Shown here: in pieces, positions 40,457 through 53,886 of the stretch | How the letters are laid out: each line of letters starts with the position of its first letter | How positions within the stretch are numbered: position 1 is the stretch's first letter | From: Phoronis australis | Taxonomy: Eukaryota; Animalia; Phoronida | Length of the DNA stretch: 64,000 nucleotides | NCBI GenBank assembly: GCA_002633005.1 | Contig: NMRA01000250.1 | Location: 413,524 to 477,523 of the forward strand | Direction: 5' to 3' | The notes under the pieces: generated by a model | Told to the model about the DNA's origin: nothing | Databases searched by the model: none | Seen by the model: the letters and a program-made list of their open reading frames with translations, nothing else | Made by a program: the position numbers and the translations under genes

Positions 40457-41746
40457 AACAAGGGTTTTCGCTGCCGGTCGGCACCGGGGTTCGCAGAAAT
40501 AGACATTACAGTTTTGTTGGCGGTACCATATAGTTGTCATTTGTCCGTATTTTGGCGAGACCGTCCCCGCATTTCACGGAGGCTTTTGCCCCGTATCCCC
40601 GGCACCACATAGGCCTAGCGCCCTACTAAAAATCAGTTTCGAGCAGGCTAAAGTTTAGTGTAGTGATCACCGGTAATCAAGTTTTCAGGCAAATACTGTT
40701 CCATCAGAAGTTCATACCCCCTGAATAGCCAAGTCTGAACGCGCCTGTAATTGAGGTACTCTTCTTGTCAGCACCTATTTCATACACATTTGCAGAAAAA
40801 GCCCAGATTTTTATGTGGTAGGAAAATAAAATTATTAAGCATTGTTTTCTCATGGATGCGCGCGTTCAATGAAACGAGAGTGTGAGTGCAGAAATCGGAT
40901 TACTGAAAGAGTTGAAATGCATATTTTCCATTCATCAAAAAGGTGTCACACGTCACCAAGGTTGTCATTGGATTCATTTTGTCGACATAGAGTATACGTC
41001 AGAGTTTCAGTTAATTACGCTGGAGTCCCATCCAACGATTGTGTTCCCATGGTAACACAAATGACAATCAACTTTTAACAGTGTAATGTACTTGTGTGCA
41101 TTTGCCTGCCATTCAGTTACATAAATGTGTGCGTGCGTGTATGCGTGTGTGCGTACGTATCAATTAACCATCAGCTAAATATAATGGATGCCTTTTCACT
41201 GATCTTTATTTTTGTTGAAGTGATTATAACCCTGTATTTCATTAAAGAAACTAGCATTTCGCTGAGACCATTTACCATTACAAACTTGATCTCGATTTGT
41301 TTCTAACTCAAACGAGGCGTGATTTCTGTTGGCTTGAAAAAACTGACAGCAACTGCAAGATACTCGCTGCTGACAGTTAGTTATCGTTTGAGACCATGCT
41401 GGGTGCATAAAAGCACCCGCCGAGACGATCCAATGTGTAGAGCGTGGTTCCAAGCACGTAAAAACAAACTATCAGTTCTTTTCAAATCAAACAATTACCA
41501 CGTTTACTCCTATTAAGTGAAAATTTCCGAAAGAAATTGACTAGACCGCTTGTAAGCTCAATGCTATTTTTTTATTCGCACTGCACGCATGGGAATCTTA
41601 ATCACCGATAAGTATCAATTCCACACCAAAGTGGCTTTACGAAACCAATACGTGTGAAAAGTTTGCAATCGTCCACGCTGATTCAAGTGACTATGGGTGT
41701 TTAGGTGAGACTGAATAAATTGCTCATCGTGTGGAAAATTAAAGTT

Positions 41747-42688
41747 TCAATTATTCAAAGAAGTTTTTCTAGTCGGCACAGCTGCTGAACTGGCGCGTCT
41801 CGTTGGTGGAGGAACCTGAACTAAAGATTGTCGGCGTTTAGTGACGGATGGCAGTAGCTTTGGTTTCGGTGGTGGTTTTTTCGCCAACTCCAAGAGCTGC
41901 TTTTCTTTCTGCAGTTCTTCATTTTCCTTAGCGAGCACCCACTGTTGATAAACGGATTGAGTGACCTTCGACTTTTCCTTCTTCAGTTCCTCAATATGTT
42001 TGATTTTTTCATGTTCTGTTAAGGACACATCTGCAAGAATGGCGTCTATTTGCTTCTCATGGTTATCCAGCCATTCCGCATACAGAGGAATCCTTTTGTG
42101 GCGTTGTTTCTCGGAAATTTCTTCTTGCTTTAAGGCAGTTAGTCTTTCATTCTCGGCTTTCTTTTGTTCAAGTGATAATCTACCCGCAACTTCAGTACAC
42201 CACTCGACGTATGTTTTCGTTCCTTGGATGTGTGCTCTTCTTTCTTTATCGATTTCTTGAAGATGTTCGAGAAACTGCAGTTCTTTCTCTCGTTTCTGTT
42301 GAAATACTTTATTTTGTAACCAGTCTTGAAAGTTTCTTCGTCGTTCTTCTTCCGTAGTGTTATGAGTATCTGGCTTGGCACCAACGCTGCGACGTGCAAT
42401 CCTCGGCGACAAGCTCAGACGTCTGATAACAGGAGCTGATTGTCGTCTGTAGTTCGAACTGTCGGACGAGTTGGATGAAATCGAAGCAGTCAAGATTTCC
42501 TTGTTCTTGCGTACACGTGGTGACGATGGTCGAGACGAAAATGACGATATTCGTCGTCTAATTAAGGGCGACCAAACTGCAGGTGAGGCACCATTGACGT
42601 GGTTCTGTTCTTGTATCGTTTTTTCAGCTGTCGGCAAAAGTGTTTCAACAATAACTGGAATTTCTTTCTTCGCGGCTTCCATTGTCAT
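41747..42688 (-). CDS. Uncharacterised coiled-coil protein (313 aa), possibly MAP9/CCDC34/CCDC181-like
   Basis: Long ORF. A splice acceptor tattttcag lies 9 nt upstream of the ATG, with an in-frame TGA between them. The N-terminus is Ser/Arg-rich, followed by E/K-rich helices with four recurring motifs (FQDWL, YVEWC, YAEWL, YQQWV) and a basic Pro-rich tail. Confidence 0.85.
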   Translation of the reverse strand: MTMEAAKKEIPVIVETLLPTAEKTIQEQNHVNGASPAVWSPLIRRRISSFSSRPSSPRVRKNKEILTASISSNSSDSSNYRRQSAPVIRRLSLSPRIARRSVGAKPDTHNTTEEERRRNFQDWLQNKVFQQKREKELQFLEHLQEIDKERRAHIQGTKTYVEWCTEVAGRLSLEQKKAENERLTALKQEEISEKQRHKRIPLYAEWLDNHEKQIDAILADVSLTEHEKIKHIEELKKEKSKVTQSVYQQWVLAKENEELQKEKQLLELAKKPPPKPKLLPSVTKRRQSLVQVPPPTRRASSAAVPTRKTSLNN

Positions 42689-45490
42689 GGCTCATGCCTG
42701 AAAATAAAATTGCCACACTGACTAGACACCCGCTATAGCTCTGCAATAAACTTAGTACCCGTGCTATCAAACATATGTGACCCAAAATTTGCATGCCTAT
42801 GAAATACACGTGATAATCAAATGGACTAAATCATATTTTGTTCAATGAAGTTTAGCATGCCTGGACCTGAAAAGTTATAATGAAGATGTTAGGGCTCGAG
42901 ATCTAATCTTATAAGTCGAAATCGAAATCGAAATTATTTTTGTCATTTTCTGTTCTGTTCTTTTACAAATTCAAGATAAGTGTTTAATAGCCTACGATCG
43001 AGTAAATTATGGTTTATGCATATGAATTTCTAGTCCATGCACTTCATGGTCGCAATATCTGTGCCACACACTTGAGTAAAAACTCGAAAATTCGAGTCCA
43101 GACTCGGACTTTTAGCCTTAATTCTGAAGTCATCAAGTGCAAAGTTTTTCACTCAAACACAGAATAATAGATATTTATCTCGAGTTCGCATGAAAATAGA
43201 ATAAAAAATGACAAACATAATTTTGAGTTCGATTTCTAGTCATGTCCATTAATTAAGAAAGAAATGTATGCCATTGACAAGGTGCTTTTTCGTAGCTTGT
43301 CGGTCGTTTCTACGAAGTCCTTTTCGCCTTTGTGTATCTTACTAACATTGAAAAAAATTATGACTGTATCCTGTGCCTGGTTTCACGTAACAGTCTCAAA
43401 TAGGGACTCAACTAAGTTTCCTAAATATTTTGCGTATTTGTTTTGTTTTTTATTCACGGATGTATTATTTTGCCCATCATTTTTTCTTTTTTATGAACTC
43501 GTCTTTAGCTAATGATATTTTCTTGTCATATAACTAAAAACTGATCCCCTAACTGAGTCACAGAATTAGGGGCTTAGTCCTTAAATTATGGGCGTTTCAA
43601 TAATATTGATAATTCTACCTAAACTTCACTCTCGATTTGTATCAAAGACAAAAATTGGCATAGTAATAACACTCAAACGGCATACGATAGGACAATCAAT
43701 GTTTTCACAGGCCCACAAATACACAGTAGATTTGACGAACCTAGTTGAGTCCCCATTTAGGACTGCTTCAGGCAATCAGGTACAGGTTCGAATTCTAGAG
43801 CAACTAAAGGGCTTATTTCAGAAAACATCTTTACTCGCCGATAATGTCACTTCAAGGCGATGATCACTGACAGGGGTCCAGGATTTTAGTATCCGCCAGT
43901 ACGATGCCAGTTATTCAGTTGAGGAAACATCTACACACTCCGATTGCCCGCATACGATTGCCGTATACGACAAATGGGGAGTCTAGACAACACGTGTTCC
44001 GACACAGTCTCGAACTGAAATTCGCATACGAAATCGTAAACGACAATAGGAATGTGTAGACAACGACCCGAAAGTCGTATACAGAGTAATTTATAAAAAC
44101 ACAGTGTCTTGACAGTACAGCTTAACAATTTGAAAACATTTTTAGTTTACACTCTGTTATTTCCCAAACTTCGAATTTCAGTTAGATTTCATGTAAAATA
44201 CGCACATTTTAAGAAATTCAAATATTCAATGATTTTACGTTAATGCGGTGTCAGTTGTTTACCTGTTTCATTCGCCATGCATCTATTGCAAAAACGTTGA
44301 GCCCAAATGATTGGCTTTGTACTTGAGTGCAATTTAGCATACATCACCATGTTGACGTTTGTGGGCTGATAAAATTTATTGCCTGAACTTGACTTAGATA
44401 TTTTATTAACCAAAATCATTTATTGCTACTTTGAGTGATAAGAATACACGTGTACCTTTTAGTAACTGGTTATTTTGATCCCTATTACGTTCCACTTTTT
44501 TGAAAAATGTTTCCAGTACGGGTAAAGGCTTTCATGACTAGGTACCTTTATCTAACAGCAGCTCACCGGCCCGGTGGACACCCTCTGTGAACGGGCCTCA
44601 GTGAGGGTAAACTAATGATGATGCGAGACGAAACAATATAACTGTGAAACAAACATAAACATGACAATATGCATATAGCTTGTGCTGATTTCTCAAACCT
44701 CGAACAAGTTGATACCTGAGAATGAACAAAGAACACAATGTGTAAACTAGAGATTTGCCTCAAATGAGACCATCCGTCTGACGGCATTATAAGATATCTG
44801 AGCCAGTCGCGCTGCCTTTCGGTTCGACCGGCTAATTGTTTTTGTCATACTCTCCGATCGACTGATGGATGCTTTGATAAATGGATGAATGGTTTGCCTT
44901 CTGATTTTAATGAATAACTGAAGAACAGTAATTTCGGTTCTCCACCCAACTTTCAATATATGAAGATGATTTTACTTCGCGGAACGCTATTGATTTCTGA
45001 TGAAATCGGCACCGATAGGTTCCTCAGCATGACGTCATTTTCGACCCCTTGACTTCTGCTCTCGAGTACCACAATTTTTGCTTTGCGCTCCATGGGAATC
45101 GACCATATCATGCCGATTTCTCTTGAAATAAAAAGTAAATATCAAGGATATGTGGTCAGTGCGGGTTTGTTTTGGACATGGAATCTTTCAGTTTTATTAT
45201 ATTAGACTATGTGGAGCTTTGATGTGCTTATTTTTAATCACAAGCATTTCATAGTAATCTTCTGACCCCCAAGTGCCTCTTGATCACACGATATGCTGCA
45301 CATGCACAGGGTCAACAGTGTTATGAAGAGATGTTTTCGTAAACACAGTGATTGTTTACGTTTCATAAATTCATCCAAAACACAATTTTCCGGTTTTGAT
45401 ATTTGGACGTATGGAGTTATGTTCCGTGACAAGTATAATGAACGCAATCACACAGAAAATAAGTAGATTGGACGAACTGATGGCCTTTAA

Positions 45491-45880
45491 AGCCTAACTT
45501 CAACGGAATTTTGTTATTTTGATGTATTGGGCTAACCAGATTAGTAAAATAAGAAAACGCGAGTTCAACCTCGCAAATGTAAGCCCGTCAAAGGATAAGT
45601 GAAGCTGCGTTTTCGTGTCATGTTGCGTCAATGCGAGATCCCAGTACAAACAACAAAAGGCCGATTACAGTTGTATTGAATAGGAGTCTGAATAGAACAC
45701 CACTGCGTGCGGGTGTTATTCGCAGCCGTTTGAATTAAAAAAGTGATTCTCGCGGTGACGTAGACAAAAGCAAGTCAATACGCCTAACAGTTCGTGACAT
45801 TTAGCAATTTATGGCACTAGTGGACTCAGAGCGATTACTGTAGGAACCAAATTTACTGGTGTTGCCGTTCAAGATAGGCT
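45491..45880. mobile_element. TTAA-flanked MITE (Kolobok-like)
   Basis: TTAA|AGCCTAACTTCAACGG...CCGTTCAAGATAGGCT|TTAA; 14 of 16 TIR positions match. Confidence 0.75.
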
Positions 45881-46072
45881 TTAAGATGGCAGACACCAGC
45901 AGCCGGGTTTCGTGATGACTGACAAGCCAACTCAAGTAGCAAAACAAATTTTGCATTTTGATGGTTCCCGCGGCAGAATCTAGATTACAATCTACCAGAG
46001 TGTAAACATCCGTCCACAGTCAGGGGACTTCAGGATTCACTAATGCTTTGCTACTGCGACGATCGCGAGTCC

Positions 46073-46390
46073 CTTATGAAGCGCCAAAGCGTTCAAACGA
46101 GTAACTTTTTGCGCGCTGAAATGTGCTTAGTTTTGCTTATCTACGCGTACTTTTAATCAGTTCATATAGTCCAATCACACCCGTGCTCTCAAACTTAATT
46201 GATTAAGAGCAGAACGAGGCTTGTTTAAAAACTAAAAGTACGAGTAGATTAAGCAAAAGCACCCGTAAATTACGCAAAATTCAGGTAGATTAAACAAAAT
46301 TACACGTGTATAAGCAAATGTAACCGCAGATTAAGCACATTTTAATGCACAAAAAGTTACTTGTTTAAGAACACTTTGGCGCTTCATAAG
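46073..46390. mobile_element. Unclassified TIR element
   Basis: Perfect 17-bp TIR CTTATGAAGCGCCAAAG extending imperfectly inwards; TCC on both flanks. Confidence 0.75.
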
Positions 46391-49300
46391 TCCCATATTT
46401 CACTACATGAAGCGTTGAACGAGTGGAACGCACGCGTTGTCAAAAGAACACGTTTGATTACCACGACTGAAACCCGTCGTTGTACTATAATCTGAGCGTG
46501 GTCTATTAGCGACTATCGGATTCACTGCACGCGTGCATTTACACACCAACGATTGCATTGCACACGTAGACTACTGAACGAATGCCAATGCACCCGTATG
46601 AACGAGTACAATGATTATGTACGCATTTTCAAAGGAACACCTTGACGCCCGATACTGTACTACCTGTAAATGTGTATTGGTCACGTTTCTGTCAACTCAT
46701 CTGGCTGGCAAAGGTAAGCAGCCAGCATATGGACCAACTTCCATGCACTGGTTGTACCTCTAATCCTTTATTTGGACATTGTGAACACATGTCCAGATAA
46801 ACACCAATTTGTCAGCCGTGCAAAATGGGAAGCATTGTCCAACTCAAATATGACGAAAAACCTGTTTCACGATATATTAACTATACTGGACGTATTTTCA
46901 CCATGCTGGAATGCTTTTCGAGACACAATAGGTCCTCACAATGTTTTTCATCTCATTTATCCCAAGACAATACTTGACACAATAGGTGCCACCAAGCGGT
47001 GAACTTTTTGTTACCCTATTTGGGTTAGGCTGAACGATCAAGGAAGCAACGACGAAAGCAGAATTCAAGGTATGACGGTGAAAAAATGACGCTCGGGAAT
47101 ATTATTTCTCATGGACGTTTGACCTCATTTGGCCTAAAGAAACTAAGGCTACATTTTTGGGTTATGTACGACCCAACGAAATGTCCAGTTCGGAACATCG
47201 TACGGTTTACCGGATTTATAAGAATGCAATGCTTTGTACATTGTTCTCTAAAACTTACAAAGAATTGTGTTTAAAATGTTCCTCCACTTGTGCATGAGAG
47301 CATGCGCGCACACAGTCTTTAATGTGGGGTTGCCCGAATTTCTGGCGATGTGGACCTTTTGCTGACAAAAAAGCGGGAGGACGAAAAAAAAACGTGGTAC
47401 CACCTCCACTGGGCGCTTGTGCCTTTTCAGTGGACTTTTGTCTCNTAGAACTTATATGAATTTTATGAAAAAATCATTAGTTGCATGAAACAAAAACGAT
47501 ATTTTAGAAAACTAACAACGCCTTTGAGATCTCATCTTGTCATTTTTTAAGTATTTTATACCAAAATAAAAAGTACAATAATAGACCTTCACACGCAGTC
47601 GTCATTTCAAAAAAGTGCCTCATTTTAGATTTATGCAAAATTGATTGAATACACGACTCTTGACGTTATTAACAATTTTCATTCCGTTCCGTTCGTATCC
47701 TCGGAACAAAGTTTGATACTCAACAATATAATTAAGACATAGTTATAACGAGGAACGCGAAAAGTCACATTTTGCCTTGTGATTAAGCATAGAATCCATT
47801 GTTTTTTAAAATCTAAAAGGAAGTTCTTTGTAACATGGTGACGCTAAAGCATGGTTTAGTGTGTGGCAGCTCTTGCTATTTCGTATTCACGACTTTTCCA
47901 ACATGTTTCTTGATGTCTTTTTTCACGAATCAAAGTGACTTTTAAATCTTAAATGACTTAAGACAGTAATTTGGTCTTGCGCTCCCTCATTACAAATGTT
48001 TTCAAATGTTTAGTCAAATAATTATGAGCGTATCACAGTATAGAAATAATTCATAGAATAATCTCAGTTAGTATGTTCTCAGAGGCTCTGCACTTTTACT
48101 ATAATGAAATTCGATGATTTTCAGAAATAGTTTTGTGGTGCGTAAAACCAAATTTCTGACTCCAGTCTGAAGTCACTTTTCATGGAAGAAACTCCAGGTC
48201 TCGGGGTATAATCTCCGAGCTTGGACACTAACTCGACATTTTTGTTGACATTTTCCTTCACCTTTGGTGCGAACTCTTTAGTTAAAATGCATGTCTATTA
48301 TTTTGTCTTGTGGCACATTATTTCCGCTCTTGATTCACTAAAACATCATTTAAAGCTACAACATCGGAATTTGAACTCGAAATATCTTTTCACTAGAAAG
48401 AAATCTCGAAATCATTTCTAACATTTTCCATTGTACCATGTTCGTCTGCGTTACCGCCCAGGGCGCTTAAATTGGGAATCTAGAAAAACAGGGGTGGGCG
48501 GTAAGCCGAGCATGGGCCGTAACCCAGATGAGTACGGTACTTTACTACAAACTCACGATAAGTGTCCGTTAGTCTGTTGTCGAGTATATTATGGTTTACG
48601 TGTATGACTGTGTCACCCTATTTAGAATTGGTGACCCCAGCATTAAAGCTATAAATTCCAGTCTGGACTAGGAGTTTTTACTCGAAATTTCGAGTTTTCA
48701 CTCGAGTTTGCAGCTCGGATCTAGGAGCTATCTAGTGCGAATTTGAACTGTCCACTCATCTGGCCGGTAACCCCTTATAACGCACTCGAGCACAGAGTAA
48801 TAGATAATTATCTTGGGTTCGTAATAAAAGAGAACGGAAGTTTTCAAAAATATATTCAAGTTCAATATCGAGTAAAAAGTATATACTCAGGTCCCTGGTT
48901 AGCAGTTCGAATCTAAAGCTCATCAAGTGCGAATGTGAACTAAAATTTCGTCTGTATGAATCGTAACATAATTTAGCACACAAACACAAACACACCATGA
49001 CTTCGTTCCGCAGAAAAGAACTGTAATAAATGATTTCAACTTCGAGTTTAGAACCCGGGCTTAGATTAGAACTAGATCAAGTTTTGATCTCACACTACGG
49101 CTGTACGTCACCGGTTAATGCGTTTGTTGTCATCGTTTAGTATCAAATACTGAAAGTCTAAAACGTAGAAATTACCTTGAATTACCGTCTGTTGGTATAA
49201 GCCGTCTCAAGTCATGTTTGTTGCCTGCCAGTGGTCCTTCAAAACTCCACTCCCCGTTATCAACAAAAATAAATTTATGGTACTTTTTCGTGGTGAGAGT

Positions 49301-49975
49301 GTTTGCAAAATACCCCAATAAAATCACAAACACCACTCCCAGTGAAGTTGATCTATGGTGTTCAATCGCCAATCGACCTATGGCGTCTTCGTAACGGTAG
49401 ATCAACCACCGGTACAGAGGTGATCTTGTGTAATGCTGAAGATCACCTCTTAGCATTTGTCGAATTCAAAGCCAAATTCAGCCACATTTAGAAAATTGCG
49501 AATTATGTACTTTCAATGCTGATAAGGGCACCATTCGTCACAATTATTAGTTTTAAATTCATTTCTGCAGTACTAATGAATTGCAAAACCACTTTGATTG
49601 CATACAGGGCTACTTCACTTATCGTTTGTTGCCTTGAACGCAATGAGATGTTTTTGATAAGAAACTTGTGACTGAGGATTGATCCTCGAAGGATAATCCC
49701 ATTGAAGACACCGCAGCGCCATCTTTGGAAACCAGTGTTTACAGTTTGTTCATGTTTTGGCGTGGAATTCATTGTTTTGACTGCTTAAGGTTGGTTAACT
49801 TCGGAGCATCATATCTCAGAAATGGCTCATTAGATTCATTTGAAGCTCTCACAAAGTATTCACTGTGCAATTTTCCTCAAAAACGGTTTCATAAATTCTG
49901 TCAAGTTGAATCACTTAAAATTTATGAGGAGCTTTTCAACATAGGACTTATACGACAGATGTTTATGGAAATCTG

Positions 49976-50376
49976 GGCCCGGTCTCTAATCTTTGTACTC
50001 GAAACGAACTCGAAATTATTTTTGGCAATTTCTCTACTCCTTTTGTGCGAACTTAAGATAATTGGTTATCAGACTGTGCTCGAATACATTATAGTTTATG
50101 CATAGGAGTTTCTAGTTCAAGTTTGCCCTTGAAGACCCTTATATTCGTGCTACAAACTCGAGTAAAAACTCGAAATTTCGAGTTCAAACTCGAACTTATT
50201 GCTTTAATATTGGGTTTACAAACTGTGAACTAAGGGCAATAAATTATCTACGTAAGTTATTGTGTACTCGAGCATAGAATCATAGACACTTATCTTGATT
50301 TCGCCCAAAAGTAGAGCAGAAAATGCCAAACCTAATTTCGAGTTCCGTTTCGAGTAAAAAGATTGGAGACCGGGCC
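49976..50376. mobile_element. PIF/Harbinger-like MITE with CTG target duplication
   Basis: GGCCCGGTCTC...GAGACCGGGCC with long imperfect TIRs rich in ACTCGA; CTG on both flanks. Diverged relatives near 22125-22430, 42890-43240 and 48540-48880. Confidence 0.8.
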
Positions 50377-50975
50377 CTGATAACGTGCATGAAACGAAAG
50401 CGAAATGATAACGTAGAAAAACAGTAAGAGGGATTTAAAATTTCTACTTAAACGTTTCAATCAATTGAAGAATGGCCATGCTGTCGAAACCGCTCACGGT
50501 GTTTTCCTATGATAACCACTTTCTTTCGGTTAAATGTTACTGAATATACATAGTCACGTTACCAAATCAATTGCAGATTGGTTTGAAAGCCAAAAATCAA
50601 ATACTATTGGTTTTCTGCTTTCGAACCATATGCTACTTTTTAAATTAAATTCTGTAGTTTACGAGATATTTCAGTGAATGCAGAGACTTGTCGATAAGGT
50701 TCTGCACGTCCTATTAGTTAGCGTTGATAAGCGTGGAATGGAGTTCATTGGTTGCTGCCAACGACAAATTTTAGCGTCGGTGACTTGAATTTATTCCAGT
50801 TTGAGGTACATGTATACGATTTCGGATTGACCTAACACGGCGTGGGACTATACGAGGTGGAACCCTGTACCTCGGTATACAAAGCTGTGCAGTAGGTAAA
50901 CCCGGCACTGTGTCAATCCAAGCGTCACATTCTAACAATTAAAAGCAATCATATTGCTGCTGAAATTGTCCCCAG

Positions 50976-51056
50976 TTTGACTAAGGACCAACGTGTGACA
51001 AATTTGACTACGGACCACCGTGAGACCAATTTGACTAAGGACCACCGTGAGACCAG
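50976..51056. repeat. 27-bp tandem repeat, 3 copies
   Basis: Unit TTTGACTAAGGACCACCGTGAGACCAA with variants. Confidence 0.8.
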
Positions 51057-51567
51057 TGTTATAAAAGTAAATGGCCTAAATCAAAACTAGTTTTTGTCAG
51101 AAAGCATGAGTTCAGCGCCACTTTAAAATAAATATTTTTAACTTTTGAAGTGCACGAACAAAATGGATTAACACATGAAACCTCGCCTTTTATGATATTG
51201 GCTGTAGCAGAACGCAAATACTTAGCTTTTGCCGACGGAATTGTTCTTATTTTAGTGATATCGATCGATGTGACTCAAAGTTTTAGACTCATCCTGGGAA
51301 AACAAATGAAACAGCTTAACAGCCGAACGTGTTTGTATTCCGTGTTTATATTCATGGCTGATACGAACTGTAAACGTATCATTTCGGCCGTGCAAACTAA
51401 AGTGAAATAATTCATTTCAACGTCAATGCAGAAATTGTAGCATTGCGACCAACTTCTTCACCACCATTAGCGACGTTTTCACTTTTCACGAGTTCGTCCA
51501 CCCTGTGCAATGGCTCAGGGACTTCAACCCATTATACCTGATGCGTATCACCAACCGAAGCCGCCCT

Positions 51568-51800
51568 TCAGTACCCGCCATAAGAGCCGCGCGACCATCT
51601 CCGCGAGGGTGGTGGACCACGACGGTGTCTATGAAGGGCTGCCTCCGACGCGCTAGTGTACCTCATACGCTTCTTGCGGGGACAACGTATAATTAGAGTA
51701 ACGACAACGCCCAGCAGGAGGCCAGTGCCCGCTGCGATGTACACGGAGAAATCGCTCAAGGACGTGAAGTGCTTCAGTTCAAGGTGCTGACGGATACCAA
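51568..51800 (-). CDS. Ig-domain membrane protein, transmembrane and cytoplasmic exon
   Basis: Acceptor tatacag, phase 1. TM helix FSVYIAAGTGLLLGVVVTLII is followed by the basic stop-transfer RCPRKKR and a short tail ending GSYGGY-stop. Confidence 0.82.
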
Positions 51801-52414
51801 CTGTATAATTCAAGAACACAACGATAACACAACACAGCTATAACTCATTTTCTCATCGGCTTTACATATGTATACTTTTGTGAGTTCCGAATTATTACTC
51901 TCAATTGTTCCATTTCATTGAAGCATGTCCGTTCAGATTGAGTATAAGTCCGCTTAACAACCATCACAATTTCGTCTCTGAGTGATACACGGTTGTCTGT
52001 ATTTTGACAACTGGAAAAAAGGTCGACGACTGGAAAGGAGTAAGCTGCAAATACATATCAGTCATCCGAGGTTTACGGTGGTTGTAAAAGGCCAGCACAG
52101 GATTTTAGATTTATCCCTATGGTTATTACCTATGTCGCTAGACTTACTAATTCGGATGGAACTAATAATTCTTTCGCAGGAGGTAGTAACTCCGTTGATA
52201 GATGACGAGTCTAAGGGTTTGTTGAAACAATTCTATTGATAGAAAGTAAGTTACTCAATTAAGAAAAAAAGACTTACGAAAAAAAGCCCTCACTGACGTT
52301 TTACAAACACCTTAGGGATCTAAAGCAGAGGCCTATATGTGTCGTTTAGGTGCGCCTGAGTGGTTCGGTTTATGAACTCGGCTTTCATCAAAAATAACAA
52401 CCAATTAACCATAC

Positions 52415-52738
52415 CCGCAACGCGAACCGTTATGGTGGTTATAATCGGTTCTTTGGGAACCTTCTCATTGTTAGCGATGCATGTGAACGACCTTCCTCCG
52501 TCAAAGGTCCGCGGTGTGAATTGCACGCTGCGTCCAAACCTTACGCCGTCGTTGGGGTCACTGCCGAGGACTCTGAGATCCCCTTTCTTGCCGATCGAAT
52601 GGAGCCAGTGGATGGTAGCGGAAGGACTAGTACCACTCGTAATACAGTCTATTGTTACAGCATCTCCCTCATCGGCGTGGATCGTTCTATTTTTGGTCTT
52701 CACGCCATTGACAGTTATCGTGACGTCATCTGGGCCAA
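52415..52738 (-). CDS. Ig-domain membrane protein, Ig domain 3 exon
   Basis: 324 nt, phase 1-1, donor gtatgg; the acceptor aag is weaker. ADEGDAVTIDCITSGTSPSATIHW...VQFTPRTFDGGRSFTCIANN is a canonical C2-type Ig domain. Confidence 0.88.
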
Positions 52739-53272
52739 CTTCATTAAAAGATGAAATCTGTTCACAGTTTTGACGTTTATCATTTCAAAAACATGGTGAT
52801 TCAGTTTAGTGGATATCCAGTCTTCACGCCACAGCCCAATAAATACATGTACGAAACGTGACATCTCGCTTTTTAATGACGACAAATTTTACTTCAAAGT
52901 TTCTCTCTGTCCTCTCGAACCACTATTTTTAATCATTTTGACCATGGATTGGTTGACCCCTGCTTCCATAAGGACACCTAATAAGCACAATAGGATTTCC
53001 TAGTGAATTTTGGCCTCATATTTCTATACGAATTAGAAGTGAGAAAGACAATGATTACGGGACAACTGAAACAACTAACGACGACGAATTTCATGGAAGT
53101 TTCGTTTTCGCCAGGAAACACAACACTTGATTTGCACCAGTTAGGGAGTTTTTTCACGTATATTTAAGTGGTAACTAGTCACTGGTGTTAATTTCAGCGA
53201 ATGTGTGTTGAGAATTCGCGATTTGTAAAATAGTCACAAAACAACACCTTTTATTGAGGCTCTGGTTAAAAG

Positions 53273-53370
53273 CACAGGTATGGTCCTCAACTCCTGATCG
53301 TCCCCAATGCACTACATATAATACTACTATGTAGTGTATTGGGGACGACCAGAAGATGAGGACACCTGTG
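53273..53370. mobile_element. Second copy of the 98-bp hairpin MITE, in an Ig gene intron
   Basis: CACAGG...CCTGTG termini and the same internal sequence as 34562-34659. Flanks GGTTAAAAG / GGTTAAAG form a near TSD. Confidence 0.82.
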
Positions 53371-53886
53371 GGTTAAAGCCAATAACTTCAATTAGTCTAA
53401 CCACATCCAACAGTAATCCTAAAATGAGATTTTTACCTTGAAACCGATACCGAGAATTTTCGAAAACAGGCTTACCCAAAAGTACGCCCATGGACGTATT
53501 TTCGAAATATTTCCCAAATGTACTCCCATGGGGATGTTTTCTGCAACGGTGTTCACGTTTTCAAATGGATTGTTCTGAAATACGTATGGTTTCATGTAAA
53601 ATTTGGCTTACTTTAATTGACAAGACATTACGTTCTCACGCAGTTGGATATCGTTTGAGGGGATATTGAGAAAGGTAACTTTTGGTAACTAAGCATGTTA
53701 CTGCAATATATGAAAGACAATTTTAATAACACAGTTTCCAAAACTACGCTCCCTTTTTAGAAAATACGACCAGATGTATATTTCGTTTCGTTTGACGATT
53801 TTGAGAGGTCGTTTTCAGAATATCCACCCAGGTGCCTGTTTTCGGAAATTCCCAGTAATATCCTGTTAAGTAAATCAAATGCATAC

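Noticed and set aside
52030-52240. Extra exon between Ig domain 3 and the TM exon
   Set aside because: The candidate acceptor gives a stop in the required phase, and the flanking exons join in frame without it.
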